A stretch of DNA of 61,597 bases, filler included, from Globobulimina sp. (GCA_003354225.1; 11 parts of 11 records of this genome joined end to end with filler, not necessarily neighbours in it), one strand, 5' to 3'. Numbered from the whole stretch's first letter, positions 1 to 11,236 are shown. Notes: generated by a model from the sequence alone, not told the origin. Translations and numbers: made by a program.

Positions 1-125
1 AGTTCAGAGTATGAGAATTTATCTGCTAATACAATACGCATTGAACCCCAAAAGAGACCCATAGGAATGCCTTGTGCTGCGTACAATATAATTAAGACAA
101 CAATGCCTAAGGCATCGGAAGCCAT
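1..125 (-). CDS. SLC33A1: Acetyl-CoA transporter (SLC33A1/AT-1, MFS), 5' fragment running off the window start
   Basis: Manual translation from ATG at 125 gives MASDALGIVVLIILYAAQGIPMGLFWGSMRIVLADKFSYSEL, matching the LYxxQGIPxGL...SYS N-terminal signature. Not in the ORF track. Confidence 0.75.
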   Translation of the reverse strand, partial: MASDALGIVVLIILYAAQGIPMGLFWGSMRIVLADKFSYSE

Positions 126-191
126 GCTGCTAGATAAAAATCTAGTAACTCTCCAGTTTTTCCCTCAAAGCCAAAACGTCATATTATAATA

Positions 192-1220
192 ATGAAGAAG
201 TCTCTTCCGCATATTTTGTCTCCTGTAACCAAGGCTAAATTATTCCCTCCTTTGTATGATTTCCATCCTGTATTAGGTGGTAAATATGGTGTTTACTCCG
301 GAATTGTACAACAACCAACAGCATCAAATGAAATGACGGATTATTTGAGGAATAATTTTCAAAGCACAGAAAATGATATTATCACTGCTAGTGTTTGGAA
401 AGCAGGATCCACACTTGTTAAGAAAATATTATTATCAATTATCCAATCTTCCAAATCGATAAAGAGTGAAATGAATTCTGTTCCTCATGATCATAGGTTG
501 AAATCTATGAATCTCGCAATGGATATTCCCATCATAGAATTTATTGCATCTCAGTTAGATTACGATGGTTGGCATGAATTTGAAAATAAAACAAACGATG
601 GTTTTCCGCGTTTATTACATACACATAATAATTTTAAATGCCTTCCATTTCGCAGTATTCATAAACAGTCAAAAATATTATATATTACAAGGAATCCCAA
701 AGACACTGCTGTCTCATATCATCATTTTCTGTCAAATATTCCGGATTTAGAGTATCTTGGAAATAATGATAATATAAAAGATGGATTAAATTTATTCTTA
801 TGTGGATTGACTCAAAATGGTGACTATTGGGATCATAATGTTTCGTGGTTTCAACATAACTTAAACAATGATGTCTTATTTGTATATTATGAAGATTTGG
901 TAAATTATCCATTGGATTCAATTAAATCGATTGCAACATTTATCAACCAACATAATGGATTGACTGATGAAGATTATGTACATATTGCAAATCAAGTGTC
1001 ATTTGACAATATGAAAAAACACCATGCTGATAATACAGGAGAGTTATATGAAGACTTTGGAATTTCAAATGATGCATTTTTCCGAAAAGGAAAAATAAGT
1101 GACTGGACAAACTATTTTGATGATACATTATCAGATTTATTTGATGCAAAAACAAGAATAAAATTTTCAGATATCCCGCAGCATCATTATTATCAACAAT
1201 TATTTGACAAATCATCATAA
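192..1220 (+). CDS. Cytosolic-type sulfotransferase (Sulfotransfer_1)
   Basis: 5'-PSB loop WKAGST, 3'-PB motif RNPKDTAVS, C-terminal FFRKGKISDW. Confidence 0.93.
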   Translation: MKKSLPHILSPVTKAKLFPPLYDFHPVLGGKYGVYSGIVQQPTASNEMTDYLRNNFQSTENDIITASVWKAGSTLVKKILLSIIQSSKSIKSEMNSVPHDHRLKSMNLAMDIPIIEFIASQLDYDGWHEFENKTNDGFPRLLHTHNNFKCLPFRSIHKQSKILYITRNPKDTAVSYHHFLSNIPDLEYLGNNDNIKDGLNLFLCGLTQNGDYWDHNVSWFQHNLNNDVLFVYYEDLVNYPLDSIKSIATFINQHNGLTDEDYVHIANQVSFDNMKKHHADNTGELYEDFGISNDAFFRKGKISDWTNYFDDTLSDLFDAKTRIKFSDIPQHHYYQQLFDKSS

Positions 1221-1297
1221 GTTTCTGTTGTCGTCTATACTTTGTTGTGGATTTAACTTTGCCTCTAGGTTTTTTGTAGCACTCTAGTCTTTAATAA

Positions 1298-2083
1298 ATG
1301 TCCAACAGTCCGCAAAAGTCAAACTTCAGGATACAATGGAATGATATTAAACAAGTAATACATGCAGAACAAATGAAGAAAAAACAGCAAAAGTATATGT
1401 TGAAACCGCTCGAAAACAATGAATTCACACTAAAATACGCGGAATGCATCGATGTTGTTTCAGGATATTGTAAAATGCTGCATAACAACATATACTATAT
1501 TCCAATTGAAATTATTCAAATTATTTTATTTTATTTCTATGATACATTTAAATTTAATCTGTATAATCATGGCGCTGGATTTGAATTTATAAACAATCAG
1601 ACTGTCACAAAGATAAACTCACAAACAGCGACATGTGTATTTGGTGAAGAAATTTCAAATAAAAAATGCAAAGGATTTGATTTATACATTGAATGGAAAT
1701 GTTGTGTAGAAGCGTTTTTTATGGGATATATTACATCGACATTGGAAGCATCCATTAAGGAATCGAAGCATTTCTTAGGTCACGGATTAAATAAACAGCA
1801 TTCTGTTGGTATTGAAGTGTATAAAGAATATAATAATTTTACATTATCAGATAAGAAAAATAATTATAAAATGTTAAATTATGCGGCAAGAGAGAACTTC
1901 AAACAAGGCGATGTGTTCAGATTATGTTTTAATTTCAAAGATAAGCAATTGGTAATATATCACAATGGATTTAAAGCGGATACATTGTCATTGCAATATA
2001 AACAATTAACACCGGCGATATCGTTGAGATATAAAGGAGAAACAATAGAGATTATAAAGTGTGGTTTAATATTATATGATTGA
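1298..2083 (+). CDS. Hypothetical protein with B30.2/SPRY-like C-terminal domain
   Basis: FKQGDVFRLCFNF...LVIYHNG...LTPAISL resembles the SPRY C-terminus. N-terminal VSGYCK..IPIEII..F motif. Confidence 0.6.
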   Translation: MSNSPQKSNFRIQWNDIKQVIHAEQMKKKQQKYMLKPLENNEFTLKYAECIDVVSGYCKMLHNNIYYIPIEIIQIILFYFYDTFKFNLYNHGAGFEFINNQTVTKINSQTATCVFGEEISNKKCKGFDLYIEWKCCVEAFFMGYITSTLEASIKESKHFLGHGLNKQHSVGIEVYKEYNNFTLSDKKNNYKMLNYAARENFKQGDVFRLCFNFKDKQLVIYHNGFKADTLSLQYKQLTPAISLRYKGETIEIIKCGLILYD

Positions 2084-2294
2084 CATGTGTTTGCATGATT
2101 TGATATCGTCGATCCCAAAAACAAGAATTAAAACAAATTATAAAAAAAAACAAAAAAAAACAAATTAAAAAAAAATTAAAACAGTTGAAGTGTGAACCTA
2201 AAAAGTCAATTGTTTAATTTATAATTACATTATTCAACAACTAATCTATTGATTCTATTCACTAAATGTCAACATTATATATGTATATATTTTA

Positions 2295-3170
2295 TTAGAC
2301 AAATCCCAAGTTACTGCTTCCGTCATTATTCAACAAAGTGGTAACATTACCATCCATAGCAGTTCTCGTGAGTTGACCACCTTGACCTTGACCATTCTCA
2401 TTATTATTATACATTCCATCCGAATCACTGCCATCTTCGCTGGATGTATCACCTTCGACTTGTTGCAACTGTTGGAACGGCACTTGGTGTACATGTGCAA
2501 CATCGGCCCCTTTGGTCTCAGAATTTATTAATTTTATGATTGGATTAGCCTTATTTTGCAATTGCTTATAATTTTTCTTTCTTTTTTTCTTTTTCTTTTT
2601 TTTCTTTTTCTTACCGACACCATGGCCGCCAAACTTCTTCCATATTATCATTGCATCCTTTTTATGTTTTATAATCTTATCAATGTTCTTTGGCGATTTT
2701 ATATGGAAATAAAAGGACCAAAAAGTAGCAACGCCCCTATTTACAAAGTGTTTGTGATGTTTTTCTTTCATATTGATCGAAGACAATTTATTTTCGAATT
2801 TTAAAGTGTCCTGTTTAAATTTGTCAATTTCTTTTACAAATAATTTTCTATCGACAACAGTCATTTCAATATCATCATTTGATAAGAATTCATCGTCAAA
2901 AATGTCTGGATCTACAAAACGAATATCATTGGATTGTGTGGCTATAAATCGATTTAAATATTTATCGCATCGGCTTTTACCCAGAGACACTTGTAAGAAA
3001 CGTTTGAATTCAGACTGGCATTCCGCATCATAATCGATTGTATCACTATAATCCAATGATTTTTGCTCATTAAATAAATTATCAATAATTGGTGAACTAT
3101 GCGCTGAAAAAACTGGTGATCCCGGCTGCTGATTATATAAATCCACCTCGGCATCTGTGTATATATACAT
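2295..3170 (-). CDS. Hypothetical protein with SAM-like helical region, poly-Lys tract and disordered tail; true start uncertain (possible 5' intron)
   Basis: 291-aa ORF. FL..LG...KYLNRF...DI...DDEFL..DIEM resembles a SAM domain. Acceptor-like acacag near 3155. Confidence 0.5.
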   Translation of the reverse strand: MYIYTDAEVDLYNQQPGSPVFSAHSSPIIDNLFNEQKSLDYSDTIDYDAECQSEFKRFLQVSLGKSRCDKYLNRFIATQSNDIRFVDPDIFDDEFLSNDDIEMTVVDRKLFVKEIDKFKQDTLKFENKLSSINMKEKHHKHFVNRGVATFWSFYFHIKSPKNIDKIIKHKKDAMIIWKKFGGHGVGKKKKKKKKKKRKKNYKQLQNKANPIIKLINSETKGADVAHVHQVPFQQLQQVEGDTSSEDGSDSDGMYNNNENGQGQGGQLTRTAMDGNVTTLLNNDGSSNLGFV

Positions 3171-3254
3171 ATTTTACATATTACTCACATTACACACCCC
3201 GAATGAGCTCATTTTATGACAAAATACACTAATTAATGCGCATAAGCACTGTTA

Positions 3255-3317
3255 TTCAAACATTTACAAAATTAGTAACATTTCAAACATTTACAAAATT
3301 CAAACATTTACAAAATT
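3255..3317. repeat. Short direct repeat TTCAAACATTTACAAAATT x3
   Basis: Copies at about 3255, 3282 and 3299, just upstream of the 2295-3170 gene. Confidence 0.75.
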
Positions 3318-3556
3318 TGGAAACTCAGTGACAATAAAATGTTACGTATCGGTGTCGATTCAGATCAGTGTGCTTCTGATAATTGGTAATTCCGACAATT
3401 AGTGTTACCAATGTTAGTCAGAAATTACCAATATTTGTTAGCAATGGCGACATTTTACAATTTAGATTCAAAAAAAAAAGCGAATACATGTAAAAATCAT
3501 CAAAAGTGTTTCTCAGAAACGATGTTGTCATAAAAATAGATCATTCAGATTTATAT

Positions 3557-4357
3557 TCAATTCTGAAAAAATATATTATATTTTAAAAATATGAAAATAG
3601 CTATAGAGGGACCTAGAAAATCTCCCATAATATCATGTACCAACAGCATTGTATTTTCTTCTTCATCATAATTAGAATCAGCATTAGAGTCAGCATCAAC
3701 ATCATAATTAGAATGATGAGATCCTTTATGTTCGTCCTTGCTGTCATCCGCATCATCATTATCATCATCGTCTTTTGTTTCTTTTTGTTTTAATATCCGA
3801 CGTAATAAATAAATATATGGTTGCCTTGTTTTTATGTCTTTTGTAATATCGATTTGTCGATGATATAAATTCCACTTTGCAGCAAATTGTTGCGCTGCAT
3901 CGACACAATTGGAATGTTCAAAATGCAACGGATTGTTTTCTTCTTTGACCTCTTTTATTCCTAACAATAAACAGCGAGTATGCTTGGTCGAAAAGAAAGT
4001 TTGTTGGATTATTTTATCGATAGATTTGTTTAAATGGTTTAATGATTCGATATTATGCGTGTTGTATGTCAATATTATACCATCTGCAGCCGAGACATAA
4101 TGCAAATGCTCATCGACAAAACCCATATTTTCCGCAGTATCATAGATTATGGTTTCGATGTCAGGCAATTTGTCACCAATCGAATACGAGGTGCACTTAA
4201 AAGTTATACCCGCCAAAGGTTCAGACTCCCAGCTCTCATTAAACCACTTGGATTTGCCTGGGTTGGTCCCAAATAAAAATATTTTGAGTCGGGATTTGTA
4301 TGATGTATTGTGAGATTGTATCATCTCTTGGTCCACTTTGCTGAGGTTTTTGCCCAT
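3557..4357 (-). CDS. Divergent Ras-superfamily small GTPase-like protein, probably N-myristoylated
   Basis: KIFLFGTNPGKS (short G1), YDTAEN (G3-like), ADGIILTY, LLGIK (G4-like), MGKNLS N-terminus, acidic tail. Confidence 0.7.
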   Translation of the reverse strand: MGKNLSKVDQEMIQSHNTSYKSRLKIFLFGTNPGKSKWFNESWESEPLAGITFKCTSYSIGDKLPDIETIIYDTAENMGFVDEHLHYVSAADGIILTYNTHNIESLNHLNKSIDKIIQQTFFSTKHTRCLLLGIKEVKEENNPLHFEHSNCVDAAQQFAAKWNLYHRQIDITKDIKTRQPYIYLLRRILKQKETKDDDDNDDADDSKDEHKGSHHSNYDVDADSNADSNYDEEENTMLLVHDIMGDFLGPSIAIFIFLKYNIFFQN

Positions 4358-4422
4358 GGTTAAATATAGGTTTTCGGAATGTTTTTTTTAAAAAAACTGA
4401 GGTTTAATTTTATCAGAGCATA

Positions 4423-5518
4423 ATGACTTCGAATCAAGTTGCCGCAGGTTTATCAGGGGTAGGAATCGTAACGCTATTATATGAAATGTACCGTTTGAAA
4501 AATATGGATTGTGACTGGAACACCGCGGGGTATCTAATTCCGCGATCCGTAAATCCATCGTATTTTAGAAATCGTATAATTTGGATAACTGGAGCTTCCT
4601 CGGGAATTGGTGAAGCATTGTGTTACTATCTATTATCATTAAAAGTCGGTGTTAAATTAATAATATCCTCCAGACGACAAAATGTATTACAAAACCTTAG
4701 AGATACTTTATTAGAAAAATTCAAAAATTCAGTATATAAAACAGATATTTACATATTACAAATGAATTTAAATAAAAAAAATGTGAAATATTATAATAAA
4801 AAGTATGAATCAATAAAAGATTATTTTAAAGTAACATCAATTGATATGTTAATAAATAATGCAGGCGTTGGGATGTTGAGCAGATTCGAAAAATTCACTG
4901 CAAAGAATAGTTCAGATATGTTACAAACGAATCTTGTCTCACCAGTAATATTAACCAAATTAGTATTGACAGATATTATAAATAACAATAAAAATGATAA
5001 TAAGAATCCATTTGGGCATATTTGTAATGTTGGCTCAGTGGCGGCATATTTGCCAATGTCACATCAAAGTACATATTGTGCCACAAAGGCTGGATTATTA
5101 ACATTGGGCACTACCATAGCTCAGGAATTGGAAGGATATAAAAATATAACCATTACAGATGTGTTGCCAGGTTCATGCATTTATATATTTCTAATTAATA
5201 ATAATTTGTTGTACTTATATATAGGTCCAGTCAATACATCGATTGATATAAATTCCAAATTAAGTCATGGCAGGACAGGAGGTAAAAAATCAAAAGTTAT
5301 TGAAGCTGGTATGAGCAGTGAGAGATGTGCTGAAATCATATGTATTGCCATCAGTCATAAATTGAGAGAAAGTTGGGCTGTGAAAGGTGTCTCATTTTAT
5401 GGTATATACATAGCACATTATAACCCATGGTTTTATAATACATTTGTGAGGTCTTTTACTAGTCAAATGTGGCAAACAGGAAGAAATAAGACCAAGAAAA
5501 CCAAATCACAACAACCAA
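4423..5518 (+). CDS. Short-chain dehydrogenase/reductase, DHRS7-like, with N-terminal anchor; in-frame intron 5171-5224; 3' end at contig edge
   Basis: TGASSGIG, NNAG and YCATK motifs. Removing the 54-nt GT..AG intron restores LPGPVNT. Confidence 0.9.
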
Positions 5519-5618
5519 NNNNNNNNNNNNNNNNNNNNNNNNNNNNNNNNNNNNNNNNNNNNTTAATTAATTAANNNNNNNNNNNNNNNNNNNNNNNNNN
5601 NNNNNNNNNNNNNNNNNN
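5519..5618. other. Artificial contig linker
   Basis: 44 N + TTAATTAATTAA (stops in six frames) + 44 N. Confidence 0.99.
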
Positions 5619-5655
5619 ATACATAGATATAAAAAAAGAAAAAAAAAGTCGTATA

Positions 5656-7056
5656 TTATTTACAAATGCCTTTATTTTTAAAATCTCTTTGTTGAGATTG
5701 AATGAGTTGAATAAATGGTGTTGATATGTATGGAATGTTATGTTTATGGCAAACATTTTGAACAACCTTACTTAACAATGGATATATATCGGGTCGAAAT
5801 GTTGGAAATAAATGATGTTCAATGTGATAATTAAAATATCCAATATGAAATTGTACAAATTCACCAAACCAAGATGTTGTAGACCAATTACCAGCGGTTT
5901 GTATTTGTGTTTTTACCCAAGAATATGTATTATGTTTATAATTATTTATCTGTGTATCAATAAATGTGCGTTTAACAGTTTCATGAACAGCATACAATAA
6001 AAGATAGACCCAATAAGATATTGACACCATATACACCACAAATAATTTTATAGCAAATATGTAGGAATTATGAATCTGAGCAGCGAAATAAAATTGAAAT
6101 ACAAATAGACATCGAAACATTAACATACATAACAGGTAAAAATAGCGATTTTTTGGATGCGTAAAGCACCATTTTAATACAAATACGGTCGTTTCACAAA
6201 ATGAGACCGGGCCATATAACGCAACAATAATCCAAAAATATATATATTGGTATTTGTAATGTTTATAATATTCTTTGTAAGAATGTAAACGGATAAATGG
6301 CGTCGTGTCATTCGTTTGATAGTCGAACGGGGAATGCGGTGCAGAATGATGTGTATTATGTAATACTGTCCAACTTAGCCACGAACCACCACTTAAATCA
6401 AAAAATTGTTTTGCAATAAAATTTAATGTGGCATTTCTGCAAAAACCTTCATGCGTCGCCATATGGGCAATGTTGGCCGCCGCCGCAGTTAAATGGAATG
6501 TTAATAAGACCATAAAAAAAAATGATCCCCAAATAAACGAACCATAAAATAAAAAAATATATATCAAAAAATAATATAATATTAATAAGGTTGCTTCAAA
6601 ATCATTGTATTTGGTGGCAATGTTTGACAATTTTAAATATTTAAAAATCTCATTTTTTAGCTCCACCCAAAGCTCGTCATCACCCGATTTGATATACAAT
6701 ATTCGATCATAAACATTCAGTCGGTTTTCATAGATTTTCTCCTCAATTTCGAGGTTTGTATTGTAAGTATAATCGGCCAATGATAGTCTACCAACGATGG
6801 AGATATTGTGTTGTTTTCGGAATTCATTATCTAAAATAAAACGATTTTCTACCTTTTTATGTAAAAGATGTGCGGTTGAAAACAAACCACTACAATCACT
6901 CCCTAATAAACCTGTAAATACATCGCCGCCCGGATGTTTATTGATAAATAATGTGATATCATAAACAATTTCATTTATAGCAATCCACGCATCCAAAAAT
7001 GTATTATGTTCAACTAACTCGGCGTACGGAATTGTTGAAAGGTCGTCGTCCATCAC
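5656..7056 (-). CDS. Cytochrome b5-fusion (front-end type) fatty acid/sphingolipid desaturase
   Basis: N-terminal b5 domain with HPGG. His boxes HMATH, HNTHH and HIEHH. Hydrophobic segments. Confidence 0.92.
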   Translation of the reverse strand: MMDDDLSTIPYAELVEHNTFLDAWIAINEIVYDITLFINKHPGGDVFTGLLGSDCSGLFSTAHLLHKKVENRFILDNEFRKQHNISIVGRLSLADYTYNTNLEIEEKIYENRLNVYDRILYIKSGDDELWVELKNEIFKYLKLSNIATKYNDFEATLLILYYFLIYIFLFYGSFIWGSFFFMVLLTFHLTAAAANIAHMATHEGFCRNATLNFIAKQFFDLSGGSWLSWTVLHNTHHSAPHSPFDYQTNDTTPFIRLHSYKEYYKHYKYQYIYFWIIVALYGPVSFCETTVFVLKWCFTHPKNRYFYLLCMLMFRCLFVFQFYFAAQIHNSYIFAIKLFVVYMVSISYWVYLLLYAVHETVKRTFIDTQINNYKHNTYSWVKTQIQTAGNWSTTSWFGEFVQFHIGYFNYHIEHHLFPTFRPDIYPLLSKVVQNVCHKHNIPYISTPFIQLIQSQQRDFKNKGICK

Positions 7057-7071
7057 TCAACAGAACAGATA

Positions 7072-7153
7072 GTTAACTACTAATCAATTTGTTAACTACT
7101 ATGCAATTTGTTAACTACTAATAATTACAAAATATGCAATTTGTTAACTACTA
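7072..7153. repeat. GTTAACTACTA x4 immediately upstream of the desaturase
   Basis: Copies at 7072, 7091, 7110 and 7143. Confidence 0.8.
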
Positions 7154-7614
7154 ATCGTCTGCAAATATTGCGTTTTTTTAGCGGTTTGTTGTTGACAGAA
7201 TTAGCTGAACATAAATTGACTAATTTTTTGCTTTGCAAACTGAAAAACTTCACATTTTTATTACTCTACAAAAAAACTTCATTCCACTTCCCCTTTCATC
7301 TCTATCAACCATGTATGTTGGGACAACTGCGAAACTACCTTTCAAATTCTACAAGTTGGGACAACGCCTTTGAAATTAACATCGAATAAAGGTATAGGGA
7401 GAAACACAGTAACATTGCGGGTCGATAGACCCAGAGGCTTCAAAACACTAAGAAATCAACCTTCACTTTTTTACGCAACGACCGGATGACTACTAGCTCA
7501 CTTGACGAAAAATTCTAAAATCATAAAAACTATATTATTTAGTAATATTTACAAGTTATTAAAATAATGCACGAGTCTGTACACTGTACACTGTACAAAG
7601 GGTGTTAGCACGAA

Positions 7615-10600
7615 CTAACTGATAGAGGCTAGTTTGCAGAAAATACTATTTTCATTTGATAATAAATTGTGTGGTGTGTCATATTCCGCGACAATGCCAT
7701 TTTGTAATACCAATATATAATCATAGTCGATGATGGTTTCAATTCTATGTGCAATAGTTATTACAGTTTTGTTTTTTAATTTTTCGGATCTAATCAAATT
7801 TTGAATTATTTTATCAGTATTTTTATCGATTGAGGAGGTTGCCTCGTCCATGAAGAGTATGGCGGATTCTTTCAAAATAGATCTGGCAAAATTAAGTAAT
7901 TGTTTTTGTCCTTTTGAGAAATTCATGCCGTTTTCTTCCACATTACAATTTAATTTGCCATGTCGGTTATTTATCAAATCAAATAATTGCACCACTTTTA
8001 AACATTGCCAAATCTCATTATCATTATACTGGTCAAATGGATCTAAATTAAATCGCAAACTGCCATTAAATAAAATTGGTTCTTGTGATATGATGGATAA
8101 TTTGGAGCGCAACCAATATAATCCTAACTTAGTAATATCTACATTGTCAATTGTAATCTCATTAATTTCGGGCTCAAATAACCTAAATATTGACACTAAA
8201 ATGGATGATTTGCCGCTCCCGGTCCTCCCACAAATGCCCACTTTGCTGCCATGCTCGATTATAATTTCTTTATCAATGTTTAAGACGAGATTATGTTTTT
8301 TTTTATATCGTAATTTTAAATTTGATATAGAAAGTTGACCTTTTTCCGGCCAATTATCATAATCATTGCGCTCATTATCAATGTCATAATAACTCAATTC
8401 GTGAATTTCTTCTTTTCCAAATTTCTTATTTTTATCAAATAAATCGTGATAATATATTAAGCGCGAAATGGATGTGAAATATGTGTACATATAACAACAT
8501 AAACGCACTGCAAAAAACAGTAATTGTTGTATTGAAATGTAATACCAACAGCATAATATTATAAATTGTGTATTTTGAACGCCATTGTTGGCATTCAATG
8601 AGGTTTGATATCCGGCACATATAATAACCATTAATTGCATCACATGTAATAAGATTTCGCCGTACAAACTAAGCCAAACAAATAAGGCATTATTGAGAAA
8701 TAAACATTTATACAGATTATCCACTCTGTTTTGCATACAATGAATAAAATAATTTTGCTGTTTATAGGCGCGAATTGAATCTAAATTTGGTATTGTTTCA
8801 TTAAATAAAGTTAAAATCGGTGCTTCTAAGTCTTTACAGAGTAATAAGCAGCAACTATACGACAAACAGAAGCGATAAAAAATGTAAAATAAAAAAGGTG
8901 AGAAAATGATAATGGGTATTAATGAAAATGGGATAAACATTATAATCAATACAAAATAGCCAATGGTGCTGGATGTAAATAATATAAATTGATAGACCGC
9001 AATGGATATCTTTGCATCCATATCATTTGTATTCGTTGTAAATGCGTTCATAATCTCACCGCGAGAGACTTGCTCAAAAAACAATGTATTTGCCCGTAAT
9101 ATATTATATAATGATTTGTTGTGAATGTGATGCGCGCTCTTTGTCGTAAGTTTGCCGAAGAAATAATTTAAATACATTGTACATAAAATCATCACTGTCA
9201 ATAACAGGAACCAAATAGATAAATAATACAAAGGACTGCCATTTTTTGCATTATTACTCCAGCACAAAATCCATATATCACAGATTGGATAACAACATTG
9301 AACTAAATATGTAATTATTAATGGAAGAAACAAATAAACCAAATTTAGTCTGCCATTTTTTATTTTATTGCACTTTTCTATTGTTTCTAAATCATTTTTC
9401 CAATGCGCCATATAATCAAACTTTGTTAATGATGATGTGATAAATTCACAATATGTCTTTTTATTTGGTAAACACGAAGAAGGACGAATAATATTATTCA
9501 TATTGATATTGATATTATTAATATTATTAATAACAGCCTCATCATCTTCTTCTTCTTTTCCTTCGTGGACAGCTGCGGTTTGATTGAAAGTGTCCATTGA
9601 TGGCAATATATGAGAATATTGTTGATATAATAAACCATTATTTGCATCCAAAGAGAATAACTCTTTCGTATCGATATGTAGTTCGATTCTGGCATTGTCC
9701 ATAATAATGACCTCATCAAAATATTTCAATAAATGTAAATGTGAATTAATTACCATCAAACACGTATTATTATTATTCTTCTTATCTCGATTTAGTAAAT
9801 ATTTATAGATTCCTTCCATAAACATTTCTTTACCAACATATAAATCAACGGAAGATAATGGATCATCAAAAATAAATAGATTCTGATTCTGACTATTTTT
9901 TCTGTATAACGCCCTCGCAAATGCCACTCTCGACTTTTGTCCGCCAGATATATTTACACCGCACTCTCCAATTAATGTCTCATCGGAATTTGAAAGTTTT
10001 TCTAAGTCAAATTTTAGACCAGAAACAGCAATGCATTTCTTGTATTTTCTTTCTTCATACTTTGCATTTAATAAAATATTTTCTCTGACAGTAATATTGC
10101 GAATGTAAGGCGTTTGCGAATAATATATAATATCACCACGGCCATGGCCACTAATACTACCATCGATACATTTCATTTCACCCAACATTGCCTCAATTAG
10201 CGAGGTTTTGCCACTCCCCACTTTACCAATAATTGCTATTAATTTACCTTTTTTAATTTTCAATGAAATATTCTTCAATATATAGGCATATGAATTATTA
10301 TCTATATCCTCATTGTCCTCCCACACAAAAGTTCCATTATCAATTTCAATGGCAATGTCATCGTCGACTAATGCTAATATTTCATCATTGTCAATATTAA
10401 TTTGTTTTGATTTGCGGCCACGAAAATCATCGATACGATGGCAACTAATCAACAAAGCGGCAATCTGGCTCACAACAATGGGAATGCCGCGAATGGCCAC
10501 GCCAATCAATGCAAATATCATCAATGTAAATAATATAATATCTGCATTCATTTTGTTTCCAAAGACCAGCGTATAAATCAATAATATAATTATTAACATG

Positions 10601-10915
10601 ACCGCCGGAATTATAAAATTAGTCAAGATCAACAATCCAAAATAAAAGTTACTATAATCGAGATGTAATAATTCTTGCTCTCTGTGCGAATTTATTCGAT
10701 TTGATAAAGGAATTTCGTAACATTCCAATTTTAAGACGCGAACATTTGAAAGCAACTCGGTCATTAATTGTACTCTGCTGTCCGTATATTGCATTTTTAA
10801 TTTGTTATGTTGGGAATATTTGACTCCGCCAAACATTTGCATTGGAATTCCAATACAAATCATAAAGAAAATGCCAAATAAGGACGAAACGCCAATGATT
10901 ACATACAACTCAATG
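7615..10915 (-). CDS. ABC transporter, ABCC/MRP family, 5'-truncated (partial TMD1-NBD1-TMD2-NBD2)
   Basis: NBD1: GKVGSGKT, ISGGQ, FIFDD. NBD2: GRTGSGKS, FSKGQ, LFMDEAT, IAHR. The first ~50 aa of the track ORF are the antisense of a foreign fragment. Confidence 0.93.
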
Positions 10916-11133
10916 ATGCGGAAAAAGCGCTGCAACGGATTCAAGAGATCTATAGCAAGGGTATTGATCTCAATTTCCAGGCGTTTAAAGAGTTCGCCGC
11001 TAAGGGCAAAGTAAAAAAAGAAATCGGCGCATTCTATCCCTATCTCTATATAACCGTCGATCATGAAGTGAAAGAACTCGATCCCAGGATATCTTTTGGC
11101 TATGCCCTGGGTCGCCGAACTTTCGGCACCACT
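10912..11133 (+). CDS. amn: Bacterial-type AMP nucleosidase N-terminal fragment (chimeric contig end)
   Basis: Manual translation NDAEKALQRIQEIYSKG...FKEF...AFYPYLYIT...DPRISFGY...TFGTT matches my recollection of the Amn N-terminal pattern (DA..A..R...IY...YP...D.R.S.G...TT). GC-richer than the flank. Confidence 0.7.
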
Positions 11134-11134
11134 G

Positions 11135-11234
11135 NNNNNNNNNNNNNNNNNNNNNNNNNNNNNNNNNNNNNNNNNNNNTTAATTAATTAANNNNNNNNNN
11201 NNNNNNNNNNNNNNNNNNNNNNNNNNNNNNNNNN
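11135..11234. other. Artificial contig linker
   Basis: N44-TTAATTAATTAA-N44. Confidence 0.99.
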
Positions 11235-11236
11235 CT

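Noticed and set aside
7072-7153. CRISPR-like array
   Set aside because: Repeats are 11 nt with short irregular spacers, there are no cas genes, and the context is eukaryotic.
7395-7510. Hairpin GGGTC-GATA-GACCC and a similar GC-richer patch near 19060-19125 as ncRNA or element ends
   Set aside because: A 5-bp stem and vague similarity are insufficient evidence.
10916-11064. N-terminus of the ABC transporter as given in the ORF track
   Set aside because: It is the reverse complement of the Amn-like fragment and lacks ABCC TMD character.
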